A DNA stretch of 64,000 nucleotides from Polyangiaceae bacterium (GTDB lineage Bacteria > Myxococcota_A > Polyangia > Polyangiales > Polyangiaceae). Location of the stretch: NCBI GenBank assembly GCA_965222375.1, contig CBDCTZ010000015.1:128001-192000 (forward strand), given 5' to 3'. Below the pieces are notes generated by a model that did no database searches, was not told where the DNA came from, and saw only the letters and a list, made by a program, of their open reading frames with translations. Of this stretch, positions 1 through 10,081 are shown one piece after another. A program made the position numbers and the translations under genes. Numbering within the stretch: the stretch's first letter is position 1; each line of letters begins with the position of its first letter.

Positions 1-1
1 C

Positions 2-808
2 ACGCAAGCAGGCGGTAGCGCGGGCACGGGCGCAACCGCTGGCGCGGGCAGCAGCGCAGGTTCGAGCGGAAGTGCAGGTTCGGGAGGGGCCGCTGGTGCG
101 GCAACGGGGGGCGTGGGCGGCGCTCAAGCAAAGTGCGGGAATGGCCAGTTCAAGATCCCAGGGGACCTCCAGTTCCACTCGACCTTGAACGACATCGGGC
201 AACTCCAGGTGCCGAAGAAGGGCCCGAAGGTGCTGGCGCTAGGAGCGTTCACGCCGAGTTTTGCGCAAACGCCGTACGGAGGAGGTGTCGTTCTCAACGC
301 GGAAGGCCATGCCTTCAGCTATCCAACCTACGACAAGAACAAGACCGAAACCGTCGTGGACCCGCAGAAAGGCGCCGTGGACTTCTGCTTCAAGCCCGAC
401 CACGACAGCAACTCTCCCGCCGAACACGTGTTCTTCCAGATCACGTCCCCAAGCGGAGTGGTGCTCGAGTTCAAGAAGACTTCGAACTACAGCGAGTTCG
501 CCTTGACCGCCAACGAGGCGGTCACGATTCTGTACACGAAGGGATCATACTCACCGGGAAAGTGGACCCGGTTCACCGTCAACTGGGAACAAGAGCCGGA
601 CGCCAAACTCGACGCCGGCGTGTACCTTGACGGACTGGCGACCACACCAGACCAGCAGAAACCGGACTTAAGCGGCAACCTCCTGCCCAAGGCGACTTCG
701 GACCTCCACTTCACGGTGGGAGACTCGGGCGCCTCCGGCGACCAATCTCCGGGGGGCGTCATCGATGAGCTCCGGGTGATGTCGATTGGCGTCGACCCCG
801 TTCCCTAG
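2..808 (+). CDS. 5'-truncated secreted protein: Gly/Ser-rich linker plus LamG/concanavalin-like beta-sandwich
   Basis: Frame is open from base 2 (TQAGGSAGTG...). C-terminal GAVDFCFKP...WTRFTVNW...VYLDG...GVIDELRV resembles LamG-type domains. Confidence 0.6.
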   Translation, partial: TQAGGSAGTGATAGAGSSAGSSGSAGSGGAAGAATGGVGGAQAKCGNGQFKIPGDLQFHSTLNDIGQLQVPKKGPKVLALGAFTPSFAQTPYGGGVVLNAEGHAFSYPTYDKNKTETVVDPQKGAVDFCFKPDHDSNSPAEHVFFQITSPSGVVLEFKKTSNYSEFALTANEAVTILYTKGSYSPGKWTRFTVNWEQEPDAKLDAGVYLDGLATTPDQQKPDLSGNLLPKATSDLHFTVGDSGASGDQSPGGVIDELRVMSIGVDPVP

Positions 809-896
809 AGCGCGCAATTCGGGCGGGCGCTCGTCTACGACGTCAGCCCCTGCAGCAATGGGCGCAACATCGGTGCGGCAGGCGATCGCGGCTCCC

Positions 897-1511
897 CTAC
901 CGGGCGCCCGCAGTCGGCCCATCAGCTCCGGGTCCTGCGACCCCCGGCCTAGCCGCGGTAGGCGCCGGCGCAGCAGATTGATCACTACGACGCTTGAACA
1001 GCACGCATAGCCCCGGGGTGATCTTCTCTTCGTCGCCGTCGTCGTAGTGGATGTGCAGGCGCCCATCCTCGATCCCGACCACGGTTCCTGTGAAGTCGTG
1101 AGGCCCGCCCCGATAGCGACACGCCACGCGGTCATCCTGCCGGAACGGTGACAAACCCGGCGGATCCGACGGCCCGGTCGTCGGGGCACTTCGCACTATC
1201 GGCGCGGGCCTGGCGGGAGTCGTGCCGCGACGGCACAGGCTCGGAGTGATGTTTTCCCGATCGCCGTCGTTGTAGTGAACGAACAGCCGCCCCTCACGGA
1301 TCTCCGCAACGACGCCAGCGTATTCGCTGCGCCCACCGCGCCAGCGACACACCACCTGGGTGCCCGGTGAGAACTTGGCGGCAGCGGCGGGGTCGCTCTG
1401 CCCCGTCGTTCCCGTGAAGCGACTCGGGCCCGTCGGATTCGACCCCTGCTCGGTCGCTGGCGTGCACGCAGCCAGCGCTAGCCCCAGCAGTCCAATGCAT
1501 CGAAATCTCAT
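897..1511 (-). CDS. Lipoprotein with two Tudor/Agenet-like repeats
   Basis: Lipobox LAAC. Two repeats of F-x2-G/D-x2-V-x-C-R-W/Y...G-x-V...G-R-L-x-V/I-H-Y-x-D-G-D-x-E. Confidence 0.7.
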   Translation of the reverse strand: MRFRCIGLLGLALAACTPATEQGSNPTGPSRFTGTTGQSDPAAAAKFSPGTQVVCRWRGGRSEYAGVVAEIREGRLFVHYNDGDRENITPSLCRRGTTPARPAPIVRSAPTTGPSDPPGLSPFRQDDRVACRYRGGPHDFTGTVVGIEDGRLHIHYDDGDEEKITPGLCVLFKRRSDQSAAPAPTAARPGVAGPGADGPTAGAR

Positions 1512-1586
1512 GCGAGCTTGATACGCCATGGCCCAAGGGCTCCTTCCCCGATGTGCCAATCGCCACCTTGCGAGAAGACAACGCGC

Positions 1587-1602
1587 TGGCGCGGGCTTTG
1601 CT
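1587..1602 (+). promoter_or_regulatory. sigma54-type -24/-12 promoter
   Basis: TGGCGCGGGCTTTGCT (GG-N10-GC) upstream of a lipoprotein gene. Confidence 0.5.
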
Positions 1603-1720
1603 CTGCCCACGGCTCATGAAAGCCAGAGCCGCACGACAGCAAGACATCCCCCAGCTTTTCGTACATCGCCCCCACCAGCTGGCTGCCGCCCCACCGCCGG
1701 CTGGTGGGGCGGGCCCCGCC

Positions 1721-2101
1721 ATGAGCAGACCGGGCGCCACACTGCTCGCCGCCGCGGCGGCCGCATTGTTATCCGCGTGCACGTTGACCCAGTCCTTGGA
1801 CGAATATTCTTCCGGCGAACCCGGAAGCTCCCAAGGGAACGCGAACAAGAGCGCAGACGCTCAGGACGGAGGCACCCCCGACGCAGCCTCTCCCGATAGC
1901 GCCCTTGACCTGAGGTGCACCGCACCAAGTGATTGCCCAGCCGAGCGCCCGGTCTGTTGTGGGGTCAGCGTGACCGCGGAGTGCGAAGCGCAACCGATCG
2001 GATGCGACTACGTGCTCTGCAAGACCAAGGACGACTGCGCTCCCGGAAAGGGCTGCTATCCAGTCGGCCAGTACATCGAGGGCGGGGGGATCTGCATCTA
2101 G
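1721..2101 (+). CDS. Small Cys-rich lipoprotein
   Basis: Lipobox LSAC and two Cys-rich modules. Alternative in-frame ATG at 1616. Confidence 0.7.
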   Translation: MSRPGATLLAAAAAALLSACTLTQSLDEYSSGEPGSSQGNANKSADAQDGGTPDAASPDSALDLRCTAPSDCPAERPVCCGVSVTAECEAQPIGCDYVLCKTKDDCAPGKGCYPVGQYIEGGGICI

Positions 2102-2142
2102 GGTGCCATGTTAGGCTGCGCGTCCCAACTGGAGGACGACCC

Positions 2143-2856
2143 ATGAGCGAGATGCCCGACGCGATGCCCCATGGCGAAATCGAAGAAGTGTTCCCGAACA
2201 TCTTTTTTGTGACTGGCACGACCAAGCCCAAATTCCAGGGGACGCAATTCCAGTTCAGCCGCAACATGACCATCGTGCGAGATGGTGAAGAGCTCACCCT
2301 CGTCAATACGGTGCGGCTGGACGACGCGGGTCTAAAGGCTTTGGACGCACTGGGCAAAGTGGCACATGTCGTCAAGCTGGGTGCCTTCCACGGCATGGAC
2401 GACGCGTTCTACAAGCAGCGCTACGGCGCGAAGCAGTGGGCCCTTCCGGGCATGGAGCATGAGGGGGGGCATGCAACCGACACTGAACTGAGCGCAGGCT
2501 CGCTTCCTTTCAACGGTTGTTCCCTATTTGCGTTCGAGACTTCGGACAAACCCGAGGGGCTGCTGCTCATCGAACGAGAGGGCGGCATCCTGGTCTCCTG
2601 TGACAGCCTGCAAAACTGGGCGGAGGCCGACCGCTTCTTCAGCCCCGAGTCAACGCAGATGATGACCCAGTTCGGCTTCATCACCCCAGCCAATGTGGGT
2701 CCGGGCTGGCGGCAGTCGTGCAATCCCGAGGCGAAGGACTTCAAGCGCCTCGAGGCCTTGACCTTCCGCCACTTGCTGCCCGCTCACGGCACGCCTCTGA
2801 AGAACGAAGCTCACGAAAGGCTCTCGCAGACCTTCGCGAAGCTGTTTTCAGTGTAG
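2143..2856 (+). CDS. Metallo-beta-lactamase-like fold protein (DUF4336-like)
   Basis: RBS GGAGG. Motifs RNMTIVR, FHGMD, CDSLQN, LLPAHG. Confidence 0.7.
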   Translation: MSEMPDAMPHGEIEEVFPNIFFVTGTTKPKFQGTQFQFSRNMTIVRDGEELTLVNTVRLDDAGLKALDALGKVAHVVKLGAFHGMDDAFYKQRYGAKQWALPGMEHEGGHATDTELSAGSLPFNGCSLFAFETSDKPEGLLLIEREGGILVSCDSLQNWAEADRFFSPESTQMMTQFGFITPANVGPGWRQSCNPEAKDFKRLEALTFRHLLPAHGTPLKNEAHERLSQTFAKLFSV

Positions 2857-2862
2857 CCCGGC

Positions 2863-3744
2863 TCAGGCGACGATTTCGCCCAGCACCTTGCCGGTGTCCT
2901 TCACCATACTGACGCTCTGCTCCAGGCCCTTCACGATCAGCCCGAGGTGAAGCACCAGCTTGGGGTTCAAGATTTGGGTCGGGGCGCTTGCGATCAACGC
3001 AACGCCAGTTTGAGCGGTTTCGGCCGCTTTGGCGGCTAGCTGCGCGCCCAGCTCGGCGCCGCTGATCCACAGCTTGGTGATCTTGTCAGAGCCGTCCGCC
3101 ACGCTCGACTCGATATCCTTGAGAGCGCTCTCCACCTCCGCCTTGCGGATCTTGCGATCGCCACGTTCGACATCCGAGGGAGGGTCTTCCCCCTTGACCT
3201 TGTACTTGGCCAGGTGCACGTGGCGTCCGGTCTCCATCAGCTGATACGCCGCGCCGTACATCTCTGCCGAAGCTCGGAAGAAGTTGTCGTACTCGGGCAT
3301 CCCAACCTGTACGTATTTGAAGTTGTATTCGGCGTTGGGGTTCATGCGCGCGACTTTGATGTAGTCGTAGCGCACGTCGCCCTCGAAGGGCTTCAGAGAT
3401 GCCGCCAGCTGGCCCAGCTCCACCTGGCCAGGGGGCGGCACATCGACCAACTTCTTGACCAGCTCCGTGGTCGTGGCGCCAACCTTCTTCGCGAAGTCGC
3501 TGAAGTCCGTCGCCACTTCGCCCATGGCTGACTCGAATTCTTCCCAGTTCTTGGCCTCACGGACGCGGGTCGTCGTCTTGCCATTCTCGGTCTTGGTCGT
3601 GACGACGGTGGCCTTCAATCCGATGGCCTCGCAGGCAGCCGTCAGCGACGACAACGCGCCGAGGCTAACCAGGGCTCTACGGGAGAGGATCAGGTCGTTC
3701 GAGCGGGCGATGGGGCGCCCAATGGGGCCATTGGTCGTCGACAT
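2863..3744 (-). CDS. Hypothetical lipoprotein with possible Tat signal
   Basis: SRRALV...LTAAC signal followed by a helical body. Confidence 0.65.
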   Translation of the reverse strand: MSTTNGPIGRPIARSNDLILSRRALVSLGALSSLTAACEAIGLKATVVTTKTENGKTTTRVREAKNWEEFESAMGEVATDFSDFAKKVGATTTELVKKLVDVPPPGQVELGQLAASLKPFEGDVRYDYIKVARMNPNAEYNFKYVQVGMPEYDNFFRASAEMYGAAYQLMETGRHVHLAKYKVKGEDPPSDVERGDRKIRKAEVESALKDIESSVADGSDKITKLWISGAELGAQLAAKAAETAQTGVALIASAPTQILNPKLVLHLGLIVKGLEQSVSMVKDTGKVLGEIVA

Positions 3745-3884
3745 GCCCCCATTACGTAGCCACATCTCCCAATCTTCCGGGCAGCAGCGTGTTTCATCAA
3801 CCGGGTTGGCGAAACCTGAGCGAGCCGAGTCGGGCCGAGGGTGTAAGCGCCGGTATTTTGGAGCGTTGGGCTTGAGGGAAGCAC

Positions 3885-5525
3885 ATGAGAAACATCAGCA
3901 AGCTTGGGTCATTTGGCGGGTTGGTTTTGGGGGGTGCAGGCCTGTGCAGCATCGCGGTGGCCTGCGGGGGAGCCTTCGGCGGAAGTCCGGCCAGCCCGGA
4001 AACTGTGGCCGCGCCGGGCTACTACCAGGCGAATGGGATGGCCGTCTCCAAGTCCGCCTCGGCGCCCATGGAAGCGGACCACGAGCCCAACACCGAGAGC
4101 TACGACAAGATTGCGGAAAACGCATTTCTCTCCGTAGCCCAAAACCCCCTGTCGACGTTTTCCGTCGACGTAGACACGGCATCCTACGCCAACACGCGCC
4201 GATTCTTGGCCCAAGGCAAGCTGCCCCCCAAGGACGCGGTGCGAATCGAAGAACTGATCAACTACTTCGAATACGCCTACCCAGATCCAACGGGTTCCGA
4301 ACCCTTCAGCGTGACGACGGAAGTCTCCGCGGCGCCGTGGAAGCCCGCCCACCGATTGGTACACATCGGGCTGCAGGGCAAACGACTCGCCACCAAGGAC
4401 ATGCCGGCGCGAAATCTGGTCTTCTTGCTAGACGTTTCCGGCAGCATGGGACAGCCGAACAAGCTGCCCCTGCTCAAGCGCTCCCTCAAGGAACTCGCTG
4501 AGAACCTGACCCAAAAAGACCGCATCGCAATCGTTGTCTACGCCGGTGCGAGTGGACAGGTGTTGCCGTCCACGCCGGCTACGCAGAAAACGAAGATCTT
4601 GGACGCCCTGGACCGCTTGGAAGCGGGCGGAAGCACCAATGGCGGCGAGGGCATCAAACTCGCCTACGAAGTCGCGCGACAGAACTTCCGCAAGGACGGC
4701 ATCAACCGCGTGATTCTGGCGACGGATGGCGACTTCAACGTCGGCGTGAGTAGCCCAGCCGCTCTGGAACGACTGATCGAAGAAAAGCGCAAGAGTGGAG
4801 TATTCCTGACCGTGCTCGGTTTCGGCATGGGCAACTACAAGGACTCCACGTTGGAGAAGCTCGCCGACAAGGGCAATGGAAACTACGCCTATATCGACAA
4901 CATCGCCGAGGCGCGGAAAGTGCTGGTGCAGCAAGCTGGCGCGACTCTGGTGACTATCGCCAAGGACGTGAAGATCCAAGTCGAGTTCAACCCGAAGTGG
5001 GTCAGCGCGTACCGCCTCATCGGTTACGAAAACCGAATGCTCGCCAATGAAGACTTCAACGACGACAAGAAGGATGCGGGCGATATCGGCGCCGGGCACT
5101 CCGTCACAGCACTATACGAGGTTGTCCCAGTAGGCGTGCCCTCGTCGGCGGGCTCAGTAGACGCGCTGAAGTACCAGAAGCCTGCAGCGGCGAGCTCCGC
5201 CCAAGACAGCGGCGAATTGATGGCCGTAAAACTCCGCTACAAGGCCCCCCAGGGCGATACCAGCAAGCTATTGTCCCATGTGATCCAGGCCAAGAGCCTG
5301 CCGCTCGCGAAGACGAGCAAGGCGTTCCGGTTTTCGGCAAGCGTGGCGGCCTTTGGCATGCTGCTGAGGAACTCCAAGCACGCTGGCAATGCAAACTTCA
5401 GCCTGGTCAAGGAGCTGGCGCAGGGCGCGGAAAGCAGCGATCCCCACGGCTATCGGCGCGAATTCCTGGGCATGGTGCGAAGAGCGAAACAGCTCAAGAA
5501 GCCGACCCAGACGATTGCGAAGTGA
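3885..5525 (+). CDS. YfbK-like VWA-domain lipoprotein
   Basis: STFSVDVDTASY, MIDAS DVSGSM, ATDGDFNVG, YRLIGYENR. Confidence 0.9.
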   Translation: MRNISKLGSFGGLVLGGAGLCSIAVACGGAFGGSPASPETVAAPGYYQANGMAVSKSASAPMEADHEPNTESYDKIAENAFLSVAQNPLSTFSVDVDTASYANTRRFLAQGKLPPKDAVRIEELINYFEYAYPDPTGSEPFSVTTEVSAAPWKPAHRLVHIGLQGKRLATKDMPARNLVFLLDVSGSMGQPNKLPLLKRSLKELAENLTQKDRIAIVVYAGASGQVLPSTPATQKTKILDALDRLEAGGSTNGGEGIKLAYEVARQNFRKDGINRVILATDGDFNVGVSSPAALERLIEEKRKSGVFLTVLGFGMGNYKDSTLEKLADKGNGNYAYIDNIAEARKVLVQQAGATLVTIAKDVKIQVEFNPKWVSAYRLIGYENRMLANEDFNDDKKDAGDIGAGHSVTALYEVVPVGVPSSAGSVDALKYQKPAAASSAQDSGELMAVKLRYKAPQGDTSKLLSHVIQAKSLPLAKTSKAFRFSASVAAFGMLLRNSKHAGNANFSLVKELAQGAESSDPHGYRREFLGMVRRAKQLKKPTQTIAK

Positions 5526-5674
5526 CGACGTAGGGGGTGCGCTGGTCTCCGAGGATCACCGAACGATCTCGGCGGTCTTCGCCCTTCCGGTTTGGCGGGG
5601 CGCCACCCTCCATCTCCCATCGACCCGCACGAAGAAAGCCCGCGAAAGTGCGGCACTTGGGCGGGTCGTGCCCC

Positions 5675-5690
5675 TGGCACGCGGGTTGCG
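5675..5690 (+). promoter_or_regulatory. sigma54-type promoter
   Basis: TGGCACGCGGGTTGCG matches TGGCAC-N5-TTGC, about 50 bp upstream of ATG 5742. Confidence 0.65.
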
Positions 5691-5741
5691 ATGACAACGC
5701 TTCGTCACGCGCTCAACGGCGCACATCACAGGAGACATCCG

Positions 5742-6410
5742 ATGACTTTGCGAAGCTCTATCCTTCTCGTGTTCGCGCTTGCCGCGGGCAGTACTTTGGC
5801 TTGTAGCAGCAACAGCGGCGACGACGGTGCCGGGGCTGCAAGCGGCGGCGACGCTTGCTCCGCAGCGGAGCAGCGCTACTCCGACTGCAAGCCGGGCTCG
5901 GTACTTGCCATCAACGGACCATGCACCGGCGGCAATCTCCAGCGCGCCGAATGCATCAATTCCGCGAGCTGCGCCGAGGTCGACAAGTGCATCCTGTCGG
6001 CTAGCGGCGGAGCCGGCGGCACCACCGGCAGCGGCGGCCTTCCTGGGGTTGGCGGGGGCAGCGCGGGCACGCCCGGCAGCGGCGGCCTTCCTGGGGTTGG
6101 CGGGGGCAGCGCCGGCACACCTGGCAGCGGCGGCGGCGGTGGCAACCCCGGCTGCGCGGATGTCAGCGGCAGCTACGTGGTCACAGGCAGCTGCGACATC
6201 ACCGCGTGCAAGGTCACGCAGACCGGCTGCACCGCCAACTTCGAATGCAACAACGGTGCAGCTTCCTACACCGGAAGCGTTGGCGGCAGTTCGGTCACCT
6301 TCGCCGGCTTCACGGGAACCTGCCAGGGCGTCCTCAGTGGCGACACCCTGATGGGCACTTGCACGGACACCTTGGGGCTGGCCACTTGCCAGTACACCGC
6401 GAAGCGCTGA
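5742..6410 (+). CDS. Cys/Gly-rich lipoprotein
   Basis: RBS AGGAG, lipobox TLAC, two Cys-rich domains separated by a Gly-rich linker. Confidence 0.75.
   Translation: MTLRSSILLVFALAAGSTLACSSNSGDDGAGAASGGDACSAAEQRYSDCKPGSVLAINGPCTGGNLQRAECINSASCAEVDKCILSASGGAGGTTGSGGLPGVGGGSAGTPGSGGLPGVGGGSAGTPGSGGGGGNPGCADVSGSYVVTGSCDITACKVTQTGCTANFECNNGAASYTGSVGGSSVTFAGFTGTCQGVLSGDTLMGTCTDTLGLATCQYTAKR
6025..6134 (+). repeat. 48-bp coding tandem repeat (about 2.3 copies)
   Basis: Encodes GSGGLPGVGGGSAGTP twice. Confidence 0.8.
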
Positions 6411-6575
6411 AACCAGCAACGAACTCGACCTCCCCCGCCGGGCGCCCATCGAGGTCCCGTCCCACCTCGGCCGCAAGAGATGGGCGCCCGGCTTTTTCCG
6501 TATTTTCTTTCGACTCGCACTGCCCTGTTCACCGCGCACGCCAGTTCTTCCGAGGCAGTGCTATGTTCCGCGGTC

Positions 6576-7061
6576 ATGGCGCGCCCCGCCACAACAAGAG
6601 CCGGCTCATGGCGATGGGTGGACCTCGACGGTACCGAACAACCCATCGCCTTGGGTGAACTGGCACGCAGGGTGAGCGACGAGCAGCTTCCCCCATTCGT
6701 TTTGGTTTGGCGCATCGGGTTCAGCGACTGGTTGCCCGCATACCTGGTACCAGAGCTTGCAGACATACTCGGCGTAGAGACGCCAGCGCTTCCCGAGGAA
6801 GACTCCGGCCAAACCGAGCCACCAGTGGCACCCTTGGAGTGGTACACGGAGTGTCTGGGTCAGAGTTCCTCCAAGAGCCTTGCCCGGGCCGAGAAACGGC
6901 CAGCCCAACGCATGCTCAATTTGGACTGGAGCGACGCCTTCGGCTTCGAGGAGTCTCCGACGACACCGACCAAGCGGCGGCTGTTGCCCGTTGGCGCATT
7001 CCCAAACATCGACGCCTACCTAGAGCATTTACGCAAGCTGCGAGAAGCTCGTGGCGGCTGA
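6576..7061 (+). CDS. GYF_2 (DUF4339)-like domain protein
   Basis: LVWRIGFSDWLPAYLVPELA signature. Start uncertain (6480 or 6576). Confidence 0.65.
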   Translation: MARPATTRAGSWRWVDLDGTEQPIALGELARRVSDEQLPPFVLVWRIGFSDWLPAYLVPELADILGVETPALPEEDSGQTEPPVAPLEWYTECLGQSSSKSLARAEKRPAQRMLNLDWSDAFGFEESPTTPTKRRLLPVGAFPNIDAYLEHLRKLREARGG

Positions 7062-7183
7062 CAAGCCTACACCCTCGGAGAATCATTGAATAATCCGATA
7101 CACTGGGGCATCGAACGCTGGCGGTAGTGGTGCATGGCCTGGGAGTTCCCGCCATGCTAGGAAAGCCAAAGGGAGTGGTTGCA

Positions 7184-8335
7184 ATGAATCGTCTTATATC
7201 TTGCTTGAGCATCGGCTTGCTAGCGGCTCTGAGTGGTTCGGTCTCCTCCTCTTGCGCAACCAGCGATTCGGGAGGCGTCGGAGGCAACGGTGGCTTTGGG
7301 GCGTTCGGGGGAAACGCTGGCTCTGGCGGAGTTGGCGGGTCCAGCGCGGCTGGAGGTTTCGGCGGCTTTGGCGGCAGCGGCGCTGTCGGCGGGTTTGGCG
7401 CAACTGGCGCAGTTGGCGGCTCTAGTGGCAGCGGCGGCTCTGGCGCGGTTGGCGGCTCTGGCGCGGTTGGCGGCTCTGGCGCGGTTGGCGGCTCTGGCGG
7501 CAGCGGCGGCTCAATCCCGAACGGTCAGCTCGCAAGCGCTTGCGTGAGCAACGCCGAGTGTGGCGCAGGCCTGACGTGCATTCTCCCCAACTCAGGAGCC
7601 TGGGACGGCGAGGGTCCCGCCAAGGGATACTGCTCTAAGGAATGCACTACCCCAACGGACTGCACGGGCGTCGACCCCACCGCCGAGTGCATCCCCTTCG
7701 GAACCAAGAGTTATTGTCTCAAGGGCTGCGTCATTGGAACTCCGTTCGGCCCGGGCAAGTGCCATGGGCGCTCCGAGGTCGGCTGCAACACGTACCTACG
7801 CGGTGCGTCGCTGGGTGCGTGCGGCACTGGCAATACCTGTCCCGCAGGTCAGGCTTGCGCCACGGACGGAATGTGCCACCAAACGTTCGCGGCGTGTTCA
7901 GCGCTTTGCGCGGTGTCCGCGGATTGCCCGACTGGAATGATCTGCAACCCGAACACGGGGCTTTGCTCAACGACACCGCCGACCGGTAGCGCGTTGGGGG
8001 CCAGCTGCACGTCTACGCCAGCGGGCCAATGTCAGGGCTTCTGTGTAGGGGTTACGGGCACGACCTCCCGCTTCTGCAGCCAGCTGTGCGTAGTGGGCGC
8101 GCCGAATGCCTGCGGTTGGGCGGGCCCTGGGACCAAGGGCAACGCGCTGTGCGGGCTGGTGTTCGACCAAGCAGCAACGAGCGGCGACGTTGGCGCCTGC
8201 TCAGTACTTTGCGACTGCAACTCAGAATGCCCCACGGGCTACATCTGCGAGGCTGACGCCAACGTGCAGACCAACGCTCTGCGCAAGGGCACCTGCGGCC
8301 CGGGCACCACCGGCGGCATTCCGACCTGCAGCTGA
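7184..8335 (+). CDS. Gly-rich, Cys-rich secreted/lipoprotein
   Basis: Signal peptide ending in Cys, Gly-rich linker, many Cys-rich modules. Confidence 0.8.
   Translation: MNRLISCLSIGLLAALSGSVSSSCATSDSGGVGGNGGFGAFGGNAGSGGVGGSSAAGGFGGFGGSGAVGGFGATGAVGGSSGSGGSGAVGGSGAVGGSGAVGGSGGSGGSIPNGQLASACVSNAECGAGLTCILPNSGAWDGEGPAKGYCSKECTTPTDCTGVDPTAECIPFGTKSYCLKGCVIGTPFGPGKCHGRSEVGCNTYLRGASLGACGTGNTCPAGQACATDGMCHQTFAACSALCAVSADCPTGMICNPNTGLCSTTPPTGSALGASCTSTPAGQCQGFCVGVTGTTSRFCSQLCVVGAPNACGWAGPGTKGNALCGLVFDQAATSGDVGACSVLCDCNSECPTGYICEADANVQTNALRKGTCGPGTTGGIPTCS
7433..7499 (+). repeat. 18-bp coding tandem repeat GGCGGCTCTGGCGCGGTT (about 3.7 copies)
   Basis: Three perfect copies plus a partial one, encoding GGSGAV. 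Confidence 0.85.
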
Positions 8336-8392
8336 TTCGACCTCAGGCGCCGCGCCACGTGCGGGGCGCCCAGCGCCACCCGGCGATGGGCG

Positions 8393-9424
8393 TCAGGGTA
8401 AGAAGCGATAAGTGAACGTCAGCAACGGCACCACCGGGGGCGGTTCGTCCACGTCTAGGGGTCTTAGCAGGGTCAGGTCTAGCGCCCAGGTGCGGTAGGG
8501 GAACCGAAAACCCGCGGAAACCGCAACGCCATGATACTCGCCGGCCTCACTCCCGATGGGCATCAGCGTATCCGCTTCGAATAGGACGGCGCCCCAACTC
8601 GCAACCCGCCATATGATGCCGACACCGGGCACTGTGACGAAGGCGGGGCCAGCCAATAGCGCTGTCATGGCAACGCTCGCGCTCGATTCGCACGCGCGGT
8701 CGAAGCACAGCTGCGTGACCCCCCCAGCACGCCCAACCACGAACCCGCCTTCCTCGAAACCGAATAGACCCGTGAGGGCGCCGATGGCCGCGACGCGCAC
8801 AGGCCCCTCAGCGAGCAGAGTCGTCTTCAAACTCAGGTCCAACGGGAAGATCGCATCTTCGCCAAGGGGCGGCGTGCCGCTCAGCGTGATTTGAGTGCTG
8901 TCCGTCACGGCATAACCCAACTGCAGGAAAACGATGTCCGTCGACGACATGTAGAACGTGCCCTCAGGGTGGGTCATCGCCGTGGGTTGGATCACGATCC
9001 GGTCGAGGTGAGCATCGCCCACGCGACTGCGGCTCGGGCCGCGTCGTTGTCGCGACTGGTTCCAGCCCGCTGCGCCTAGGCGAGGCGTGTAGGCCGGGGC
9101 GACATAGGGGGGCGAGGGCTGGGCCGGAGCTGTCGCTGGAGCGACGTAGCGAGGCGCTGACGGCTGGGTCGCAGCGGTCTCCGGCTGCGGTGGCGGAGGG
9201 GCCTTCAGCGGAGCAGCCGCCGGCGGGGCAGGCCCGGGTGTGAAGCCCGAGTCACCCTCCCCAGTAACGTTCCGTCCACTACTGGCTCCCGCGTCGGGAG
9301 TGTCCTGCGCCCCCGCGTCTACTGCCAACAACATTGCCGCAGCCAAGGGGGCACAACGCAAAACCAGCGTTGTTCTGCGGATAAAGGCAGGCACGCAGGG
9401 CCGAGGATAGTCATCCTGGTGCAT
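8393..9424 (-). CDS. Secreted Pro-rich protein with probable outer-membrane beta-barrel
   Basis: Signal peptide, Pro-rich linker, amphipathic strands ending ...LTFTYRFLP. Start uncertain. Confidence 0.6.
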   Translation of the reverse strand: MHQDDYPRPCVPAFIRRTTLVLRCAPLAAAMLLAVDAGAQDTPDAGASSGRNVTGEGDSGFTPGPAPPAAAPLKAPPPPQPETAATQPSAPRYVAPATAPAQPSPPYVAPAYTPRLGAAGWNQSRQRRGPSRSRVGDAHLDRIVIQPTAMTHPEGTFYMSSTDIVFLQLGYAVTDSTQITLSGTPPLGEDAIFPLDLSLKTTLLAEGPVRVAAIGALTGLFGFEEGGFVVGRAGGVTQLCFDRACESSASVAMTALLAGPAFVTVPGVGIIWRVASWGAVLFEADTLMPIGSEAGEYHGVAVSAGFRFPYRTWALDLTLLRPLDVDEPPPVVPLLTFTYRFLP

Positions 9425-9460
9425 GGCTGCTACGTTGGAAAGCGCATGGGGCAAGTTGGA

Positions 9461-10081
9461 ATGGCTCCTGCTTGTATTCACGTCGTGTTCCAGCGGCTAT
9501 CGACAGTGGGCGCGCTCGGTTTGGTCATGCTTGCCCTGGCGTGCGGTCGGAGCGGTCTGGGTCTCGAGGGCGAGGAGTTCATCGACGAGGATTCCGGGCT
9601 CCCCGCACTGGAGGCCGGCACCGGAGGCACCGCGGCGGAAGGCGGCAGCCCCAACACCTGCGTGCCCACAGAAGAAATCTGCAACGGAACAGACGATGAC
9701 TGCGACGGCCTGGTAGACGAGGTGCCCGCAGTGCCGTGTCAGGATGGCGGCTACAGCTACTGCATTTCCGGCAAGATGAGTGAGTGCCCTCGGCGCTGTG
9801 AGACCTGTATGCCCGGCAGTCAGCGCATCTGCTTTATCTCCTACTGCAAGTATTGGGCGGAGCAGACATGTACAGCCGACGGCAAGTCCTTTGGCAAGTG
9901 CCAGGAACAAGACCCGCCGCCAGAATGCAAAGCCGTTGCGAAGGACAAGAAGTACTCCAAAGCGCTCGAACAGTGCTGCCTGGATGCCGGCTACTGTTGC
10001 CTGGACGAGTTCGATCTCGACGATGATGGCAACACTACGGAGATGATTGGCCAGTGCGACGACGTTACGTGCGCGCCCTGA
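9461..10081 (+). CDS. Cys-rich lipoprotein with putative metal-binding repeat
   Basis: LALACGRS lipobox and EEICNGTDDDCDGLVDE motif. Confidence 0.75.
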   Translation: MAPACIHVVFQRLSTVGALGLVMLALACGRSGLGLEGEEFIDEDSGLPALEAGTGGTAAEGGSPNTCVPTEEICNGTDDDCDGLVDEVPAVPCQDGGYSYCISGKMSECPRRCETCMPGSQRICFISYCKYWAEQTCTADGKSFGKCQEQDPPPECKAVAKDKKYSKALEQCCLDAGYCCLDEFDLDDDGNTTEMIGQCDDVTCAP

